64,000 nucleotides of DNA. Source: Candidatus Nomurabacteria bacterium. GTDB lineage: Bacteria > Patescibacteriota > Minisyncoccia > Phycocordibacterales > SBAW01. The stretch spans positions 92,994 through 156,993 of the forward strand of contig CALQYT010000001.1 in assembly GCA_943348815.1 (NCBI GenBank), written 5' to 3'. A program made the translations under genes and the position numbers. The notes beneath the pieces are model-generated. The model saw nothing but the letters and a program-made list of their open reading frames with translations. It was not told where the DNA came from and made no database searches. Shown here piece by piece: positions 19,509 through 28,620 of this stretch. How positions within the stretch are numbered: the first letter of the stretch is position 1; each line of letters opens with the position of its first letter.

Positions 19509-20660
19509 CTATTGCACTAACACCGCGGTCCCATTTTTGACTTGGAATATGGAGTCGCCGCTCTGTCGCTCTCCATCCGGACCGATGGTGATCGAGCCCG
19601 ATGCACCTTCCCAATTTTTAACTGAGCTACGACCCCAGGCGGCTATTTTAGTGCCGTCATAGCCAACCGCTTCTATCGCCTCTTTTATAAGATAGAGAGA
19701 GTCGTACACCGCAGTTGAGTAGGTGGGGTATCCCATATCTTTGCCATACGCGGCTTTGTACGCATCGCGCAGCGCCACAAACTTTGGAGTGTCGTTGAGG
19801 TTAAAGTTTGCCCCAATATCACCCTCGAGAAAGTCTTTGAATTTAGTAAGAGTGGCCGGGTCACCGATCGTTACATCGTTGAGCATGAGTTTTGGCTTCC
19901 AGCCTAGTTTCTGCATCTGGTCAAAGATACGCTGTGCCGATGCGGCTGTCTGGACAGAGACAAGCACTGCGTCTGGTTTATCAGCTTTTAATTTAGCGAG
20001 TACCGAACGAAAGTCGCTTATATTACTTGCAAACTCCTCTTTAACAATGGTGCCGCCCAATTGTTTGTAGCGGGCCTCAAAGGCTTGGAAGATTCCAAGT
20101 GCATAGTCAGTTTGTTCCTGAATTACTGCCACCTTTTTCCAACCCTCTTTCGTGTATGCTTGGTCGGCGAGTACTACGCCTTGTGAAGAGTCGTTCGGAT
20201 AGTCGCGGAAGAAATAAGGACTCTTATTGATGAGCGCTGGGCTGGTTGCCGAGCCAGTGATGATGGCCACTTTTCCTGCTTCAGCGACCGGTACTGCGGC
20301 GAGCGTCTCGCCACTGCATGAACCGCCAAGTATCACCTGTACCTTATCAACGTTTACAAGTTTAGAAGCGGCGTTTGCTCCGTCGGGACCTTTGCATTTT
20401 GCGTCTTCGTAAATGATCTCTACTTGCTTGCCCGCTATACCACCATGGTCATTGATGTCTTTAGCTGCCAGTACAAGTACGTTTTTCTGTGGCTCACCGT
20501 AGTCGGCGGCGTCTCCAGTTAGGGCGCCGATGAAGCCGATTTTTATTGTGTCGGCACTTGCCCCCGGCGTTTTTTGCCCAAGCACCCACCAACCGCCGAG
20601 CACTACGACGAGCAAAACCACTATGCCCCAGATCCAACCCTTGTTTGAGCCTTCTTCCAT
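19509..20660 (-). CDS. LivK-type substrate-binding protein, TM-anchored
   Basis: IKIGFIGALTGDAADYGE; GGIAGKQVEIIYEDAKCKG; ILGGSCS. Confidence 0.8.
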   Translation of the reverse strand: MEEGSNKGWIWGIVVLLVVVLGGWWVLGQKTPGASADTIKIGFIGALTGDAADYGEPQKNVLVLAAKDINDHGGIAGKQVEIIYEDAKCKGPDGANAASKLVNVDKVQVILGGSCSGETLAAVPVAEAGKVAIITGSATSPALINKSPYFFRDYPNDSSQGVVLADQAYTKEGWKKVAVIQEQTDYALGIFQAFEARYKQLGGTIVKEEFASNISDFRSVLAKLKADKPDAVLVSVQTAASAQRIFDQMQKLGWKPKLMLNDVTIGDPATLTKFKDFLEGDIGANFNLNDTPKFVALRDAYKAAYGKDMGYPTYSTAVYDSLYLIKEAIEAVGYDGTKIAAWGRSSVKNWEGASGSITIGPDGERQSGDSIFQVKNGTAVLVQ

Positions 20661-20740
20661 ACAAAAATAAATTTAAAAATAAAAGGTGAACACTTCTCAA
20701 AACTTCTAACCCAAGCATATCCCGCTAGAAGTGCGTGTCA

Positions 20741-20773
20741 AATCAACAAAACCCCCGCACGAGGCGGGGGTTT
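20741..20773 (-). terminator. intrinsic terminator downstream of SBP gene 20786..21934
   Basis: Minus strand: CCCCCGCCTCGTGCGGGGG followed by TTTTGTTGATTT. Confidence 0.6.
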
Positions 20774-20785
20774 GGGAGGGGACTT

Positions 20786-21934
20786 TTACTCCACGTACGA
20801 CTCGGATTTGCCGTTTTTGACTACCCGGATCTCAAACTGGGCCGCCTTGAGGTCGCCGTTTTGCTCGAAGCTAATATTGGGGAAGGATACTCCGGTGGTG
20901 TAAGAGGTAGCCGCAATTGCTTGGCGCAATTTTTCAGGATTAGTCCCAGCCTGCTTCAGTGCGCTGGCAATAATCTCTACTCCGTCATACCCAAGCGGGG
21001 TGAGCAAGCCCGCGTCGACACCGGTCGCGGCTTTGACGCGCGCTTTAAAGTCGTCGGAGTTATTAATTTTGCCGATCGTAAAGAATATACCGTTGGTGTC
21101 GACCACCGAAGTAAATTCTTTGGTGTCAAAGTAGTCGCCCCCAATAAGCGGCACCGCAAGCCCGAGCTGTCGGGACTGTTTAGCTACCGCCACTCCCCCA
21201 CTTGCATGCAACGGGATGTAGACGAGCTCAGGGTTCGAAGTTTTTATTTTAGTAAGCGGCGTGCGCAGGTCGGTCGCGTTGACGTCTGCCCCTTCGCTGT
21301 CGGTGATGGTGCCGCCAAGCTCAGTAAAGCGCGCTGAAAAAGTTTTTTCCAAACCCGTGCCCCACTCGTCCTTTGCGTAGAGGATAGCTACCTTTTTCTT
21401 GCCCAAGGTATTGAAGACATACTCTGCGGCGAATTTGCCTTGCAACAGGTCAGAAGGATAGATACGGAAAATGTCGTCGCCTATATCGGTGAGCCCGGGC
21501 GCCGAAGCGATAATAAGCGTCGGTACGTGGTGTTGCTGCGCGAGCGGGAGCGCAGGCGCCGCCGAGGGCGAGCACACCGGACCAACGATGGCCGAAACCT
21601 GGTCGGCGTCGAGCAACTTGGTAAACGCGGTAGTGCCGCCGGTAGGAGAGCAAGCGTCATCTTCGTATACGACCTCAAGTTGGCGGCCGTTGATACCGCC
21701 TTGGTCGTTAATTTCTTTGACTGCCAACTCAATACCGCCACGCATCATTTCGCCATAGCTTGCGGCGTCGCCCGTAAGCGGCAGTGATGCGCCGATGCGG
21801 ATGGGCCCGGTTTGGGTATCGCCCTTACCAAACAGCGCCCAACCTCCTGCGACCAGCACAACGAGGATCATTAAAATACCTACTGTTTTTGTAGTACTCA
21901 TAAGTAAAATTATTAATTGACGAAATAAATCCAC
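20786..21934 (-). CDS. LivK-type substrate-binding protein, TM-anchored (true start probably MSTTKTVG near 21901)
   Basis: IRIGASLPLTGDAASYGE; GGINGRQLEVVYEDDACS; IVGPVCS. Confidence 0.8.
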   Translation of the reverse strand: MDLFRQLIILLMSTTKTVGILMILVVLVAGGWALFGKGDTQTGPIRIGASLPLTGDAASYGEMMRGGIELAVKEINDQGGINGRQLEVVYEDDACSPTGGTTAFTKLLDADQVSAIVGPVCSPSAAPALPLAQQHHVPTLIIASAPGLTDIGDDIFRIYPSDLLQGKFAAEYVFNTLGKKKVAILYAKDEWGTGLEKTFSARFTELGGTITDSEGADVNATDLRTPLTKIKTSNPELVYIPLHASGGVAVAKQSRQLGLAVPLIGGDYFDTKEFTSVVDTNGIFFTIGKINNSDDFKARVKAATGVDAGLLTPLGYDGVEIIASALKQAGTNPEKLRQAIAATSYTTGVSFPNISFEQNGDLKAAQFEIRVVKNGKSESYVE

Positions 21935-22016
21935 AGCAATATAGCATATATAGCTTGTAAATCAAGCCCTTTTAGGTTAAACTGTCGGTACTTTTCCACA
22001 ACAGTCTGAAGAAACC

Positions 22017-22781
22017 ATGCTGCCGCCTCTTAAAAAAGCCCTAGAAGTTTTAGACCTTAGCGATAAGCAAGAGGCTGTCCTTGGCGTCCTGCTGGAGAAT
22101 GGCCCTCTGTTAGTCGCAACCATTGCGCGTGGGGCAAAACTCAATCGCACCACCGCTTACGACATAGTTAAAGAGCTCGTCGATCTTGGGCTGGTTTCGC
22201 ATACTAAAAAAGACGGGGCTACGCGGTATCAGGCGCTTGCCCCGGAGCTCCTCCCCTCTTATATAGAACATCGTCGCCAGGTGCTTGAGGAGAGTAAAAA
22301 ACAGATCGAAGAGTTGGTGCCGCAGCTCAAACTTTTGCGCGCTAAAGGCAAATCGCTCCCCAAGGTGCAATTTTTTGAGGGGCTCGAGGGAGTTAAGCAC
22401 GCCTACGAAGACGTGCTCGAGAGCAATAAAGAAAAGTTTTTGCGCGGCATTACCGACATGGGTTCGGTGTACAAGGAGTTCGACGCTACCTGGCTCGACT
22501 ACTACCTTACAAAGCGGACACGGCTTGGCATCCGCTGCACGGATTTAGTACCTGAGGGTGAAGCCGGCCGTCGCAGCAAGGGTGATGACGAAAAATATAT
22601 CCGTACAACCAAGTTTCTTCCGCCCGACTACGACCTGGGCGGCGATATCAGCATTTATGACGACCGAGTCGCGATTTTTTCTTACGCACACGAAAGCCCG
22701 GTCGCGGTCATCATCGAGGACCAAACTATCTCAGGTATGCTGAAGAAACTTTTTGATTTTATGGAGACGCACTGCAAGTAA
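22017..22781 (+). CDS. TrmB-like winged-helix transcriptional regulator
   Basis: LDLSDKQEAVLGVLLENGPLLVATIARGAKLNRTTAYDIVKELVDLGLV. Sigma70-like TTGACG-17-TATAGC lies upstream (21917..21945). Confidence 0.8.
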   Translation: MLPPLKKALEVLDLSDKQEAVLGVLLENGPLLVATIARGAKLNRTTAYDIVKELVDLGLVSHTKKDGATRYQALAPELLPSYIEHRRQVLEESKKQIEELVPQLKLLRAKGKSLPKVQFFEGLEGVKHAYEDVLESNKEKFLRGITDMGSVYKEFDATWLDYYLTKRTRLGIRCTDLVPEGEAGRRSKGDDEKYIRTTKFLPPDYDLGGDISIYDDRVAIFSYAHESPVAVIIEDQTISGMLKKLFDFMETHCK

Positions 22782-22782
22782 T

Positions 22783-23922
22783 TTAGATCGTATAAGCCTC
22801 GGATTTGCCGTTCTTGATCGTCTTGAGCACGTACTCTTTGATTGCGTCACCGTTGCTGTCCATCGTAAGGGAGCCAGCGGCACCGACACGATCTTTTACT
22901 TGATACAGACACGCTTTGACTTGGTCAGCAGTATCGCCGCACTTGCCTATGGTTTCGAAGAGTATCTTTGCGGCGTCATAGGCTGAAGCTAAGTACACCG
23001 GAGGTGTGGTAGGATCTACCATTTTGTAGTGCGCAATGTAGCTGTCGAAGAAAGCTTTTGCCGCAGGAGCGTTTTGGTCAAAGACGACCTCGGTATAGAC
23101 AACGTTGTCGGCGAGGCCGGTTTTGAGTATCGAGGGGGTCGTTATAAGTTCGTTAGAGTATTTTGGTAAGGTGATACCGGCATTTTTTATTTGTTGAAGC
23201 AAAGCCTGTCCGTCTACCGGTCCACCCGGTATTAAGTAGAGAGCTTCGGCACCCGACACTTTGATTTTGGCGAGTAGTGTACGGAAGTCTTTGTTGTCGG
23301 TGACATAGCCCTCGGAGGCGACCACGTCTCCGCCTAGACCCTTATAAGTGGTTTCAAATACATTCCGCAATGCTTGTGCGTATTCATTTCGTACGGATAT
23401 AACGGCTACTTTTTTGTATCCGCGTTCTTTCATTGCTTGGGCGGCCTTGTTGCCCGAGGTCGCGTCAGAAGCAAAGCTACGGAAGACGTAGTCGCCTGCC
23501 CCTGTAATGTCGGGGCTACTCGATATCCCCGAAAAAAGTATGACGTGATTTTTTTCGGCAATGGGTGCTGCGGCAAGTGTTTCGCCACTGCATACTCCAC
23601 CCAGGATATAGTTGACCCCGTCGACGTTGATAAGTTTTTGTGCTGCGTCGGCGGCGGCTTTGTCGCACTGACCGTCTTCGTAAATCACTTCGACTTGGCG
23701 GCCGTTAATGCCGCCGGCGTCGTTGGTTTCTTGGACTGCCAGCATAACGGTTTGACGGACCGATTCCCCAAACGACCCAAGGTCACCGGTGAGCGGCGCA
23801 ATAAACCCAACTTTAATAGGGCCGGTTTCGGTCGGAGTCGTTTTTCCTTGCAAGAAGTACCACCCACCCACAACCACTACCAGCACGATGAGACCCAAAA
23901 TCCACTTAGCGGTGCTATTCAT
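22783..23922 (-). CDS. LivK-type substrate-binding protein, TM-anchored
   Basis: IKVGFIAPLTGDLGSFGE; GGINGRQVEVIYEDGQCD; ILGGVCSGET. Alignable with E. coli LivJ along the full length. Confidence 0.85.
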   Translation of the reverse strand: MNSTAKWILGLIVLVVVVGGWYFLQGKTTPTETGPIKVGFIAPLTGDLGSFGESVRQTVMLAVQETNDAGGINGRQVEVIYEDGQCDKAAADAAQKLINVDGVNYILGGVCSGETLAAAPIAEKNHVILFSGISSSPDITGAGDYVFRSFASDATSGNKAAQAMKERGYKKVAVISVRNEYAQALRNVFETTYKGLGGDVVASEGYVTDNKDFRTLLAKIKVSGAEALYLIPGGPVDGQALLQQIKNAGITLPKYSNELITTPSILKTGLADNVVYTEVVFDQNAPAAKAFFDSYIAHYKMVDPTTPPVYLASAYDAAKILFETIGKCGDTADQVKACLYQVKDRVGAAGSLTMDSNGDAIKEYVLKTIKNGKSEAYTI

Positions 23923-24044
23923 ATAAACAAAAAATAATAGAAAATAATAAGTTGACTAAATTAATCCACAGAAAAGTATATAGTTTGCTTGACAAAAGTC
24001 AAGTTTATTGAAATATTGTTGATGTAACTCAACAACATTAATTT

Positions 24045-24836
24045 ATGGCTATTCCTGCATCAGTACAAAAAGAACTCCATGGTGCGCTCGCTAACGTGGG
24101 GCTCTCATCTTCTGAGACGGTAGTTTTGTTAGCCCTTTTGCAGAGTAGTAAGGGTATCCGGGCGACTGAGTTGGCCAAAAAGACCAAACTTAACCGCACG
24201 ACACTTTATGGAGTGGCTAAGTCACTTATCGAAAAGGGTCTTGCCTCTTCGGTCGAGGAGCGCGGCGTGCTCCGCTATCACTCTATCCAGCCCGATTTGT
24301 TGGTTAACTATATCGAGCAGGCCAAAGAGCGTTTGGTACAAGATGCCGAGCGGATAAAAAAAGCGCTCCCTATACTTAATGCCCAGCGCTCGGGCGAAGG
24401 GCGCTCCTACCCTACCGTGCAATTTTTCGAAGGAGTGGAGGGTATTAAACAAGCGTACGAAGACACGATTCAAAATAACAAACACAAAGTCATGTACGGC
24501 TTTTTGGGCACCGATGCGGTTTTGCGGCTCATGGATCCGGCGTGGCTCATCTATTACATCACTAAGCGTGTGCATCTGGGGGTCAAAGCTTTTACTATCG
24601 CAATAGACACGCCTAGTTCGCGGCACTATAAAGGGTACGACGGCAAACAGTTGCGTACCACCAAACTGTTACCCCCTGGTTATGACTTTGAAATAGAGGT
24701 AGTCGCCTACGATGACAAGGTGCTCATAACCTCTTTTTCAGAAGATCACCCTCTCTCGGTGCTGATTGAGGATGAAAAGATCGCGCAGCTTATGGTGGCA
24801 CTCTTCCGCTACATGGACAGCACGCTGCTGGCTTGA
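24045..24836 (+). CDS. TrmB-like winged-helix transcriptional regulator
   Basis: Paralog of 22017..22781 (shared VQFFEG.EG.K.AYED..., YDD.V.I.S..E..P..V.IED). Followed by a hairpin at 24856..24882. Confidence 0.8.
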   Translation: MAIPASVQKELHGALANVGLSSSETVVLLALLQSSKGIRATELAKKTKLNRTTLYGVAKSLIEKGLASSVEERGVLRYHSIQPDLLVNYIEQAKERLVQDAERIKKALPILNAQRSGEGRSYPTVQFFEGVEGIKQAYEDTIQNNKHKVMYGFLGTDAVLRLMDPAWLIYYITKRVHLGVKAFTIAIDTPSSRHYKGYDGKQLRTTKLLPPGYDFEIEVVAYDDKVLITSFSEDHPLSVLIEDEKIAQLMVALFRYMDSTLLA

Positions 24837-25219
24837 TTTTTAAAACAACAATCCCCCAGCGGGGTTCGCTAGGGGATTTCCTCCCCCCGTTAGTAGTATG
24901 TTTGGAGGGTAGGGTGTTTGTCGGTGCATTCAGAACCGGTTAATCAAGGAGCTGGTGTGCCTCTTGGTTTTATTTTTGTCGAAGTTTGGGAGGTACCCGC
25001 CACGCCGACTAATAGATTTAGAATGCGACAAACTGACATGTCTGACTGCCCGAGGAACTGGTGTTTAAACCGATTCCTACAGGGTGAAGGAGTCGCGTCT
25101 AAACTATTTTTATCTAAAGTAATAGTACAACGCTAAAGGACAGTGTAAAGGACATGGGTGGGGATAAGCCTGCCTGCCGGCGGGCAGGTAAAGGACAGTA
25201 GGCAAAAAACCTAGTCTAA

Positions 25220-25258
25220 GCCGACGTTTTAGTCGGCTCCCCGACCAAAGCGTCGGGG
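25220..25258. repeat. GC-rich double-hairpin miniature repeat (GCCGAC-N6-GTCGGC + CCCCGAC-N6-GTCGGGG)
   Basis: Near-identical (inverted orientation) to 53152..53190 and similar to 54760..54801. Confidence 0.6.
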
Positions 25259-25263
25259 CGAAA

Positions 25264-26754
25264 TTAATCCACAAAGTATTTCTTTTGTATGTCCTTTATC
25301 TCCGCTTCTTCGGCAGCCTCCTTTTTTTCTTTACCCTCCTCCCCTATTGCTCGAAGGTCTTTGTCCGAAAGTTGGAGCAATTCTTTGGTCCGATTTTCCA
25401 AATACTCATCGGTATTTTTGGTCGGATCTTCCAAAACCTCTTCCAAAAGGGCGTGTAACACCCAACCGATACGAGGGCCGGCCTTCTCCCCCATCTGGAG
25501 AATACGCCCACCGTCTATCTTTAACATTCCTACGGAAATGGGGTCGCGCATAGCCTGCTCGATCATCGCTTGGTACTTGCGGAGGCGGAAAGGTTGCTCT
25601 TTGGGGCGCCCGGTACCGATGCGGTCGCAGATGCGGAGGTTAACGAGGTCCCAAATATGCTCTTTGCCCACGTTGGTGACGATCCGGCGCACCGCCGAGA
25701 GCGTTACGACGGCAGGGTCGCTAAAAAACATATGCCAGCGGACAAGGTTGGAGACTTTGTCGATAGTTTCGCGTGAAAACTTGAGGTCCTCGAGGTTTTT
25801 TTTGGTCATCCGGGCGCCTACCACATCGTGACCATGAAAGGTCCAATCTCTCTTTTCGTCCGACCAGCGGCGGGTCTTGGGTTTGCCGACATCGTGGAAG
25901 ACTGCAGCCAAGCGGACCAAGAGCGGCCAGTCTTTGTCGGCCGCATGTTGGAGCGTGCGAAGGTTATGCTCAAAAACATCGAAGCTGTGCGCTTGATTTT
26001 GTTCGACCCCTATCCCCTGCTCAAGTTCAGGGGCAATATACCGCAAAATACCTAATTTATGGCTTAAAATAAGGGCATTTTTAGGCTGCGTTGAGTTTAA
26101 AATCCGCACAAATTCATCGCGGATGCGCTCTTTAGAAATTTTTTCTAGCTGTGTTGCACAGTCACGCATGGCAGCCTCGGTGCGCGGCTCGATTTTGAAA
26201 TCTAGTTCTGCAGAAATGCGCACCGCGCGCAAAATACGAAGGGCGTCTTCGGCAAATCGCTCCTGCGGCTCCCCCACTGCCCGCACCCAACCTGCCGAAA
26301 TGTCTTTGATCCCGCCGTAGAGGTCGAGCAAGTCGCCACGCGAGGCACTATAGGCCATTGCATTGATCGTAAAGTCGCGACGCTTAAGGTCATCCTCAAT
26401 TTTTTGGCTAAAGACCACACTGTCGGGGCGGCGTGCGTCGCTGTACTTCCCTTCTAGACGGTACGGCGTCACTTCGATCACCGCCTTTGGCGGGACCCCG
26501 CCTTCGGCGGTGGCGACCACATCCTTAATTACTACCCCGACGGTGCCAAACTCATTGGTGTAATAGGTGTTCTCAAACAAGCCTTGAATTTGCTCTGGTG
26601 TGGCATTGGTCGTGACATCCCAGTCTTTGGGCGTGCGGTCAAGCAGCAAATCACGCACGCACCCGCCTACTACCCACGCTTCAAAACCCGCTTTTTCGAG
26701 CGTGCCGGTTACCCGGGTAACTTCTTGAGGTATTTGGCTGGGGCGCAACTGCAT
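25264..26754 (-). CDS. cca: CCA-adding tRNA nucleotidyltransferase with HD domain (start chosen at the internal Met so as not to overlap tRNA-Gly)
   Basis: Pol-beta NTase head (GGCVRDLLL...DWD), RRDFTINAMAY, HD domain (FHDVGKP...HG.). The ORF track's N-terminus overlaps a tRNA gene. Confidence 0.75.
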   Translation of the reverse strand: MQLRPSQIPQEVTRVTGTLEKAGFEAWVVGGCVRDLLLDRTPKDWDVTTNATPEQIQGLFENTYYTNEFGTVGVVIKDVVATAEGGVPPKAVIEVTPYRLEGKYSDARRPDSVVFSQKIEDDLKRRDFTINAMAYSASRGDLLDLYGGIKDISAGWVRAVGEPQERFAEDALRILRAVRISAELDFKIEPRTEAAMRDCATQLEKISKERIRDEFVRILNSTQPKNALILSHKLGILRYIAPELEQGIGVEQNQAHSFDVFEHNLRTLQHAADKDWPLLVRLAAVFHDVGKPKTRRWSDEKRDWTFHGHDVVGARMTKKNLEDLKFSRETIDKVSNLVRWHMFFSDPAVVTLSAVRRIVTNVGKEHIWDLVNLRICDRIGTGRPKEQPFRLRKYQAMIEQAMRDPISVGMLKIDGGRILQMGEKAGPRIGWVLHALLEEVLEDPTKNTDEYLENRTKELLQLSDKDLRAIGEEGKEKKEAAEEAEIKDIQKKYFVD

Positions 26755-26763
26755 TGCATTTTG

Positions 26764-26834
26764 TGCGGATAGGGAGAATCGAACTCCCGTCTCATCCTTG
26801 GCAAGGACGTGTTCTACCACTAAACCATATCCGC
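26764..26834 (-). tRNA. tRNA-Gly (anticodon GCC), no encoded CCA
   Basis: Reverse complement GCGGATATGGTTTAGTGGTAGAACACGTCCTTGCCAAGGATGAGACGGGAGTTCGATTCTCCCTATCCGCA folds as a cloverleaf. 7-bp acceptor stem, TTCGATT T-loop. Confidence 0.75.
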
Positions 26835-26901
26835 AGTTTCGAAATGAATATAGCATGCTTTTCTGTTAGGATTAAGCAGTCAGGCTAAAAGTGCAGATAA
26901 T

Positions 26902-26973
26902 GCGCCTGTGGTGAAATGGATATCACGGCTGGCTTCGAACCAGTTGTTCCAGGTTCGAGTCCTGGCAGGCGCA
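26902..26973 (+). tRNA. tRNA-Arg (anticodon TCG), no encoded CCA
   Basis: GCGCCTG..GTGAAATGGATATCAC..GCTGG-CTTCGAA-CCAGT..CCAGGTTCGAGTCCTGG-CAGGCGC-A. Canonical stems; U33 and A37 present. Confidence 0.7.
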
Positions 26974-27183
26974 CACCAGATAAGAAAAAGGACAGCAAGG
27001 GTGTGGATAGCAAAAAGGTTGAAAAGTAAGGGCTAAAAGAAGGTTCTGGGGATAAGACTGGGGATAGGTGGACTAAAGGACAGTAAAATATGGCTTAAAT
27101 ACGTATCTTCATGTCTTTTTCAGGTAAAATAGGGGTTTTGGTTACTAAGTAACCCTGCCCGCCGGCAGGCGGGATAGTTACAC

Positions 27184-27609
27184 ATGAAAACGGCCAAAAG
27201 ACAAATAGGCGACCTAGGCGAGGATGTGGCCTGCAAATACCTCGAAAACAAGGGTTTTCGGATTGTCGAGCGAAACTATCTGCGCAAATGGGGAGAAATA
27301 GATGTTATAGCCGAAAAGGGGGATTTGCTGGCTTTTGTGGAGGTAAAGTCGGTTTCACGTGAATCCCGCCTAGGGATTCATCCCGAGTCTGCGAGGGGTG
27401 AAAGTGGGATTTTACGGGAAACCCGCTTTAGGCCAGAAGACAACGTTCATCCGGCTAAGCTTCAGCGGCTGCACCGGGCGATCCAAACCTACCTGCTCGA
27501 CCATAAGGTGCCTGAGAGCAAGCAATGGAGGGTCGATGTGGCTTGTGTTTACTTGGACTTTTCGACCCGGCGGGCTAAAGTAGAGGTGTTAGAGAACGTG
27601 ATACTCTAA
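27184..27609 (+). CDS. yraN: YraN-family (UPF0102) endonuclease
   Basis: GEDVACKYLENKGFRIVERNYLRKWGEIDVIAEKGDLLAFVEVK is the YraN signature. Confidence 0.7.
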   Translation: MKTAKRQIGDLGEDVACKYLENKGFRIVERNYLRKWGEIDVIAEKGDLLAFVEVKSVSRESRLGIHPESARGESGILRETRFRPEDNVHPAKLQRLHRAIQTYLLDHKVPESKQWRVDVACVYLDFSTRRAKVEVLENVIL

Positions 27610-27660
27610 AGGACATCATCAAGGACATTGCGGGCTCGCCCGCCGTAGCCTTGGCGAAGG

Positions 27661-27731
27661 CGGGGCGTAGTATACCGGTAGTACGTCTGCTTTGGGAGCA
27701 GATAGACCGAGTTCGATTCTCGGCGCCCCGA
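27661..27731 (+). tRNA. tRNA-Pro (anticodon TGG), C1:G72 pair, no encoded CCA
   Basis: CGGGGCG-TA-GTATACCGGTAGTAC-G-TCTGC-TTTGGGA-GCAGA-TAGA-CCGAG-TTCGATT-CTCGG-CGCCCCG-A. Ends 2 nt before the next start codon. Confidence 0.7.
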
Positions 27732-27732
27732 C

Positions 27733-28605
27733 ATGGAACGAAAAACGTTAGTTACAAAGGCAAGTTCGGATTACGAACTCCTCGACTCTGGTAGGGAAGA
27801 GAAGCTCGAGCGCTATGGCGAGGTGGTTTTGGCGCGCCCGGACCCGCAAGCACTTTGGGAAAAGGGGTTAGCCACTAGCGACTGGGGTTTAGCTAACGCG
27901 AAATACAAAAGGGAAGGGAAGGATGGTGCATGGGAGGGGACTGTCCCGAAACAGTGGGAGATAGAATTTGGAGGGCTTAAGCTGCTCATAAAACCTACAA
28001 GCTTTAAACATGTGGGACTGTTTCCCGAACAACTTTCTAACTGGGAGTGGATTGCCGATCAAAAAGCGACCAACGTTTTAAACTTGTTTGGGTACACGGG
28101 TGGAGCTACTTTAGCTGCAGCAAAAAATGGATCGAAGGTGACACATGTAGATGCAAGTAAAACGGCGGTTGCGTGGGCCCGGGAGAATGCAAAACTTTCG
28201 GGGTTGGAAGAAGCGCCGATTCGTTGGATTACCGAAGATGTTTTGACCTTTGTTAAGCGCGAAATAAAGCGCGGCAATAAATACGACGGCGTGATTATGG
28301 ACCCTCCGGCATTTGGCCACGGCCCGTCGGGCGAATTGTGGAAGATAGAAGAAGATTTTTTGGAGTTGGTGAAGCTGCTCCCAGAACTTTTGTCTGATGC
28401 GCCCAAATTTGTTTTGATCAACGGTTACGCTGCCGGCTACTCACCGCTCGCCTTTGCCTATAACTTAGAATTTCTTACCAAAAAGTTCGGCGGGGAAGTG
28501 GAGTTTGGTGACCTAACGATCGCCGAGAGTGGAGCTGCACCCGACGGTGCGGCGATGCGCCGAGTGTTGCCGTGCGGTATCTTTGCGCGGTGGAAAGCAG
28601 TATAA
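27733..28605 (+). CDS. class I SAM-dependent RNA methyltransferase (RlmI/YccW-like)
   Basis: LLDSGREEKLERYGE, FGYTGG, DASK, MDPPAFG motifs. Confidence 0.55.
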   Translation: MERKTLVTKASSDYELLDSGREEKLERYGEVVLARPDPQALWEKGLATSDWGLANAKYKREGKDGAWEGTVPKQWEIEFGGLKLLIKPTSFKHVGLFPEQLSNWEWIADQKATNVLNLFGYTGGATLAAAKNGSKVTHVDASKTAVAWARENAKLSGLEEAPIRWITEDVLTFVKREIKRGNKYDGVIMDPPAFGHGPSGELWKIEEDFLELVKLLPELLSDAPKFVLINGYAAGYSPLAFAYNLEFLTKKFGGEVEFGDLTIAESGAAPDGAAMRRVLPCGIFARWKAV

Positions 28606-28620
28606 AATAATGCAATACCT

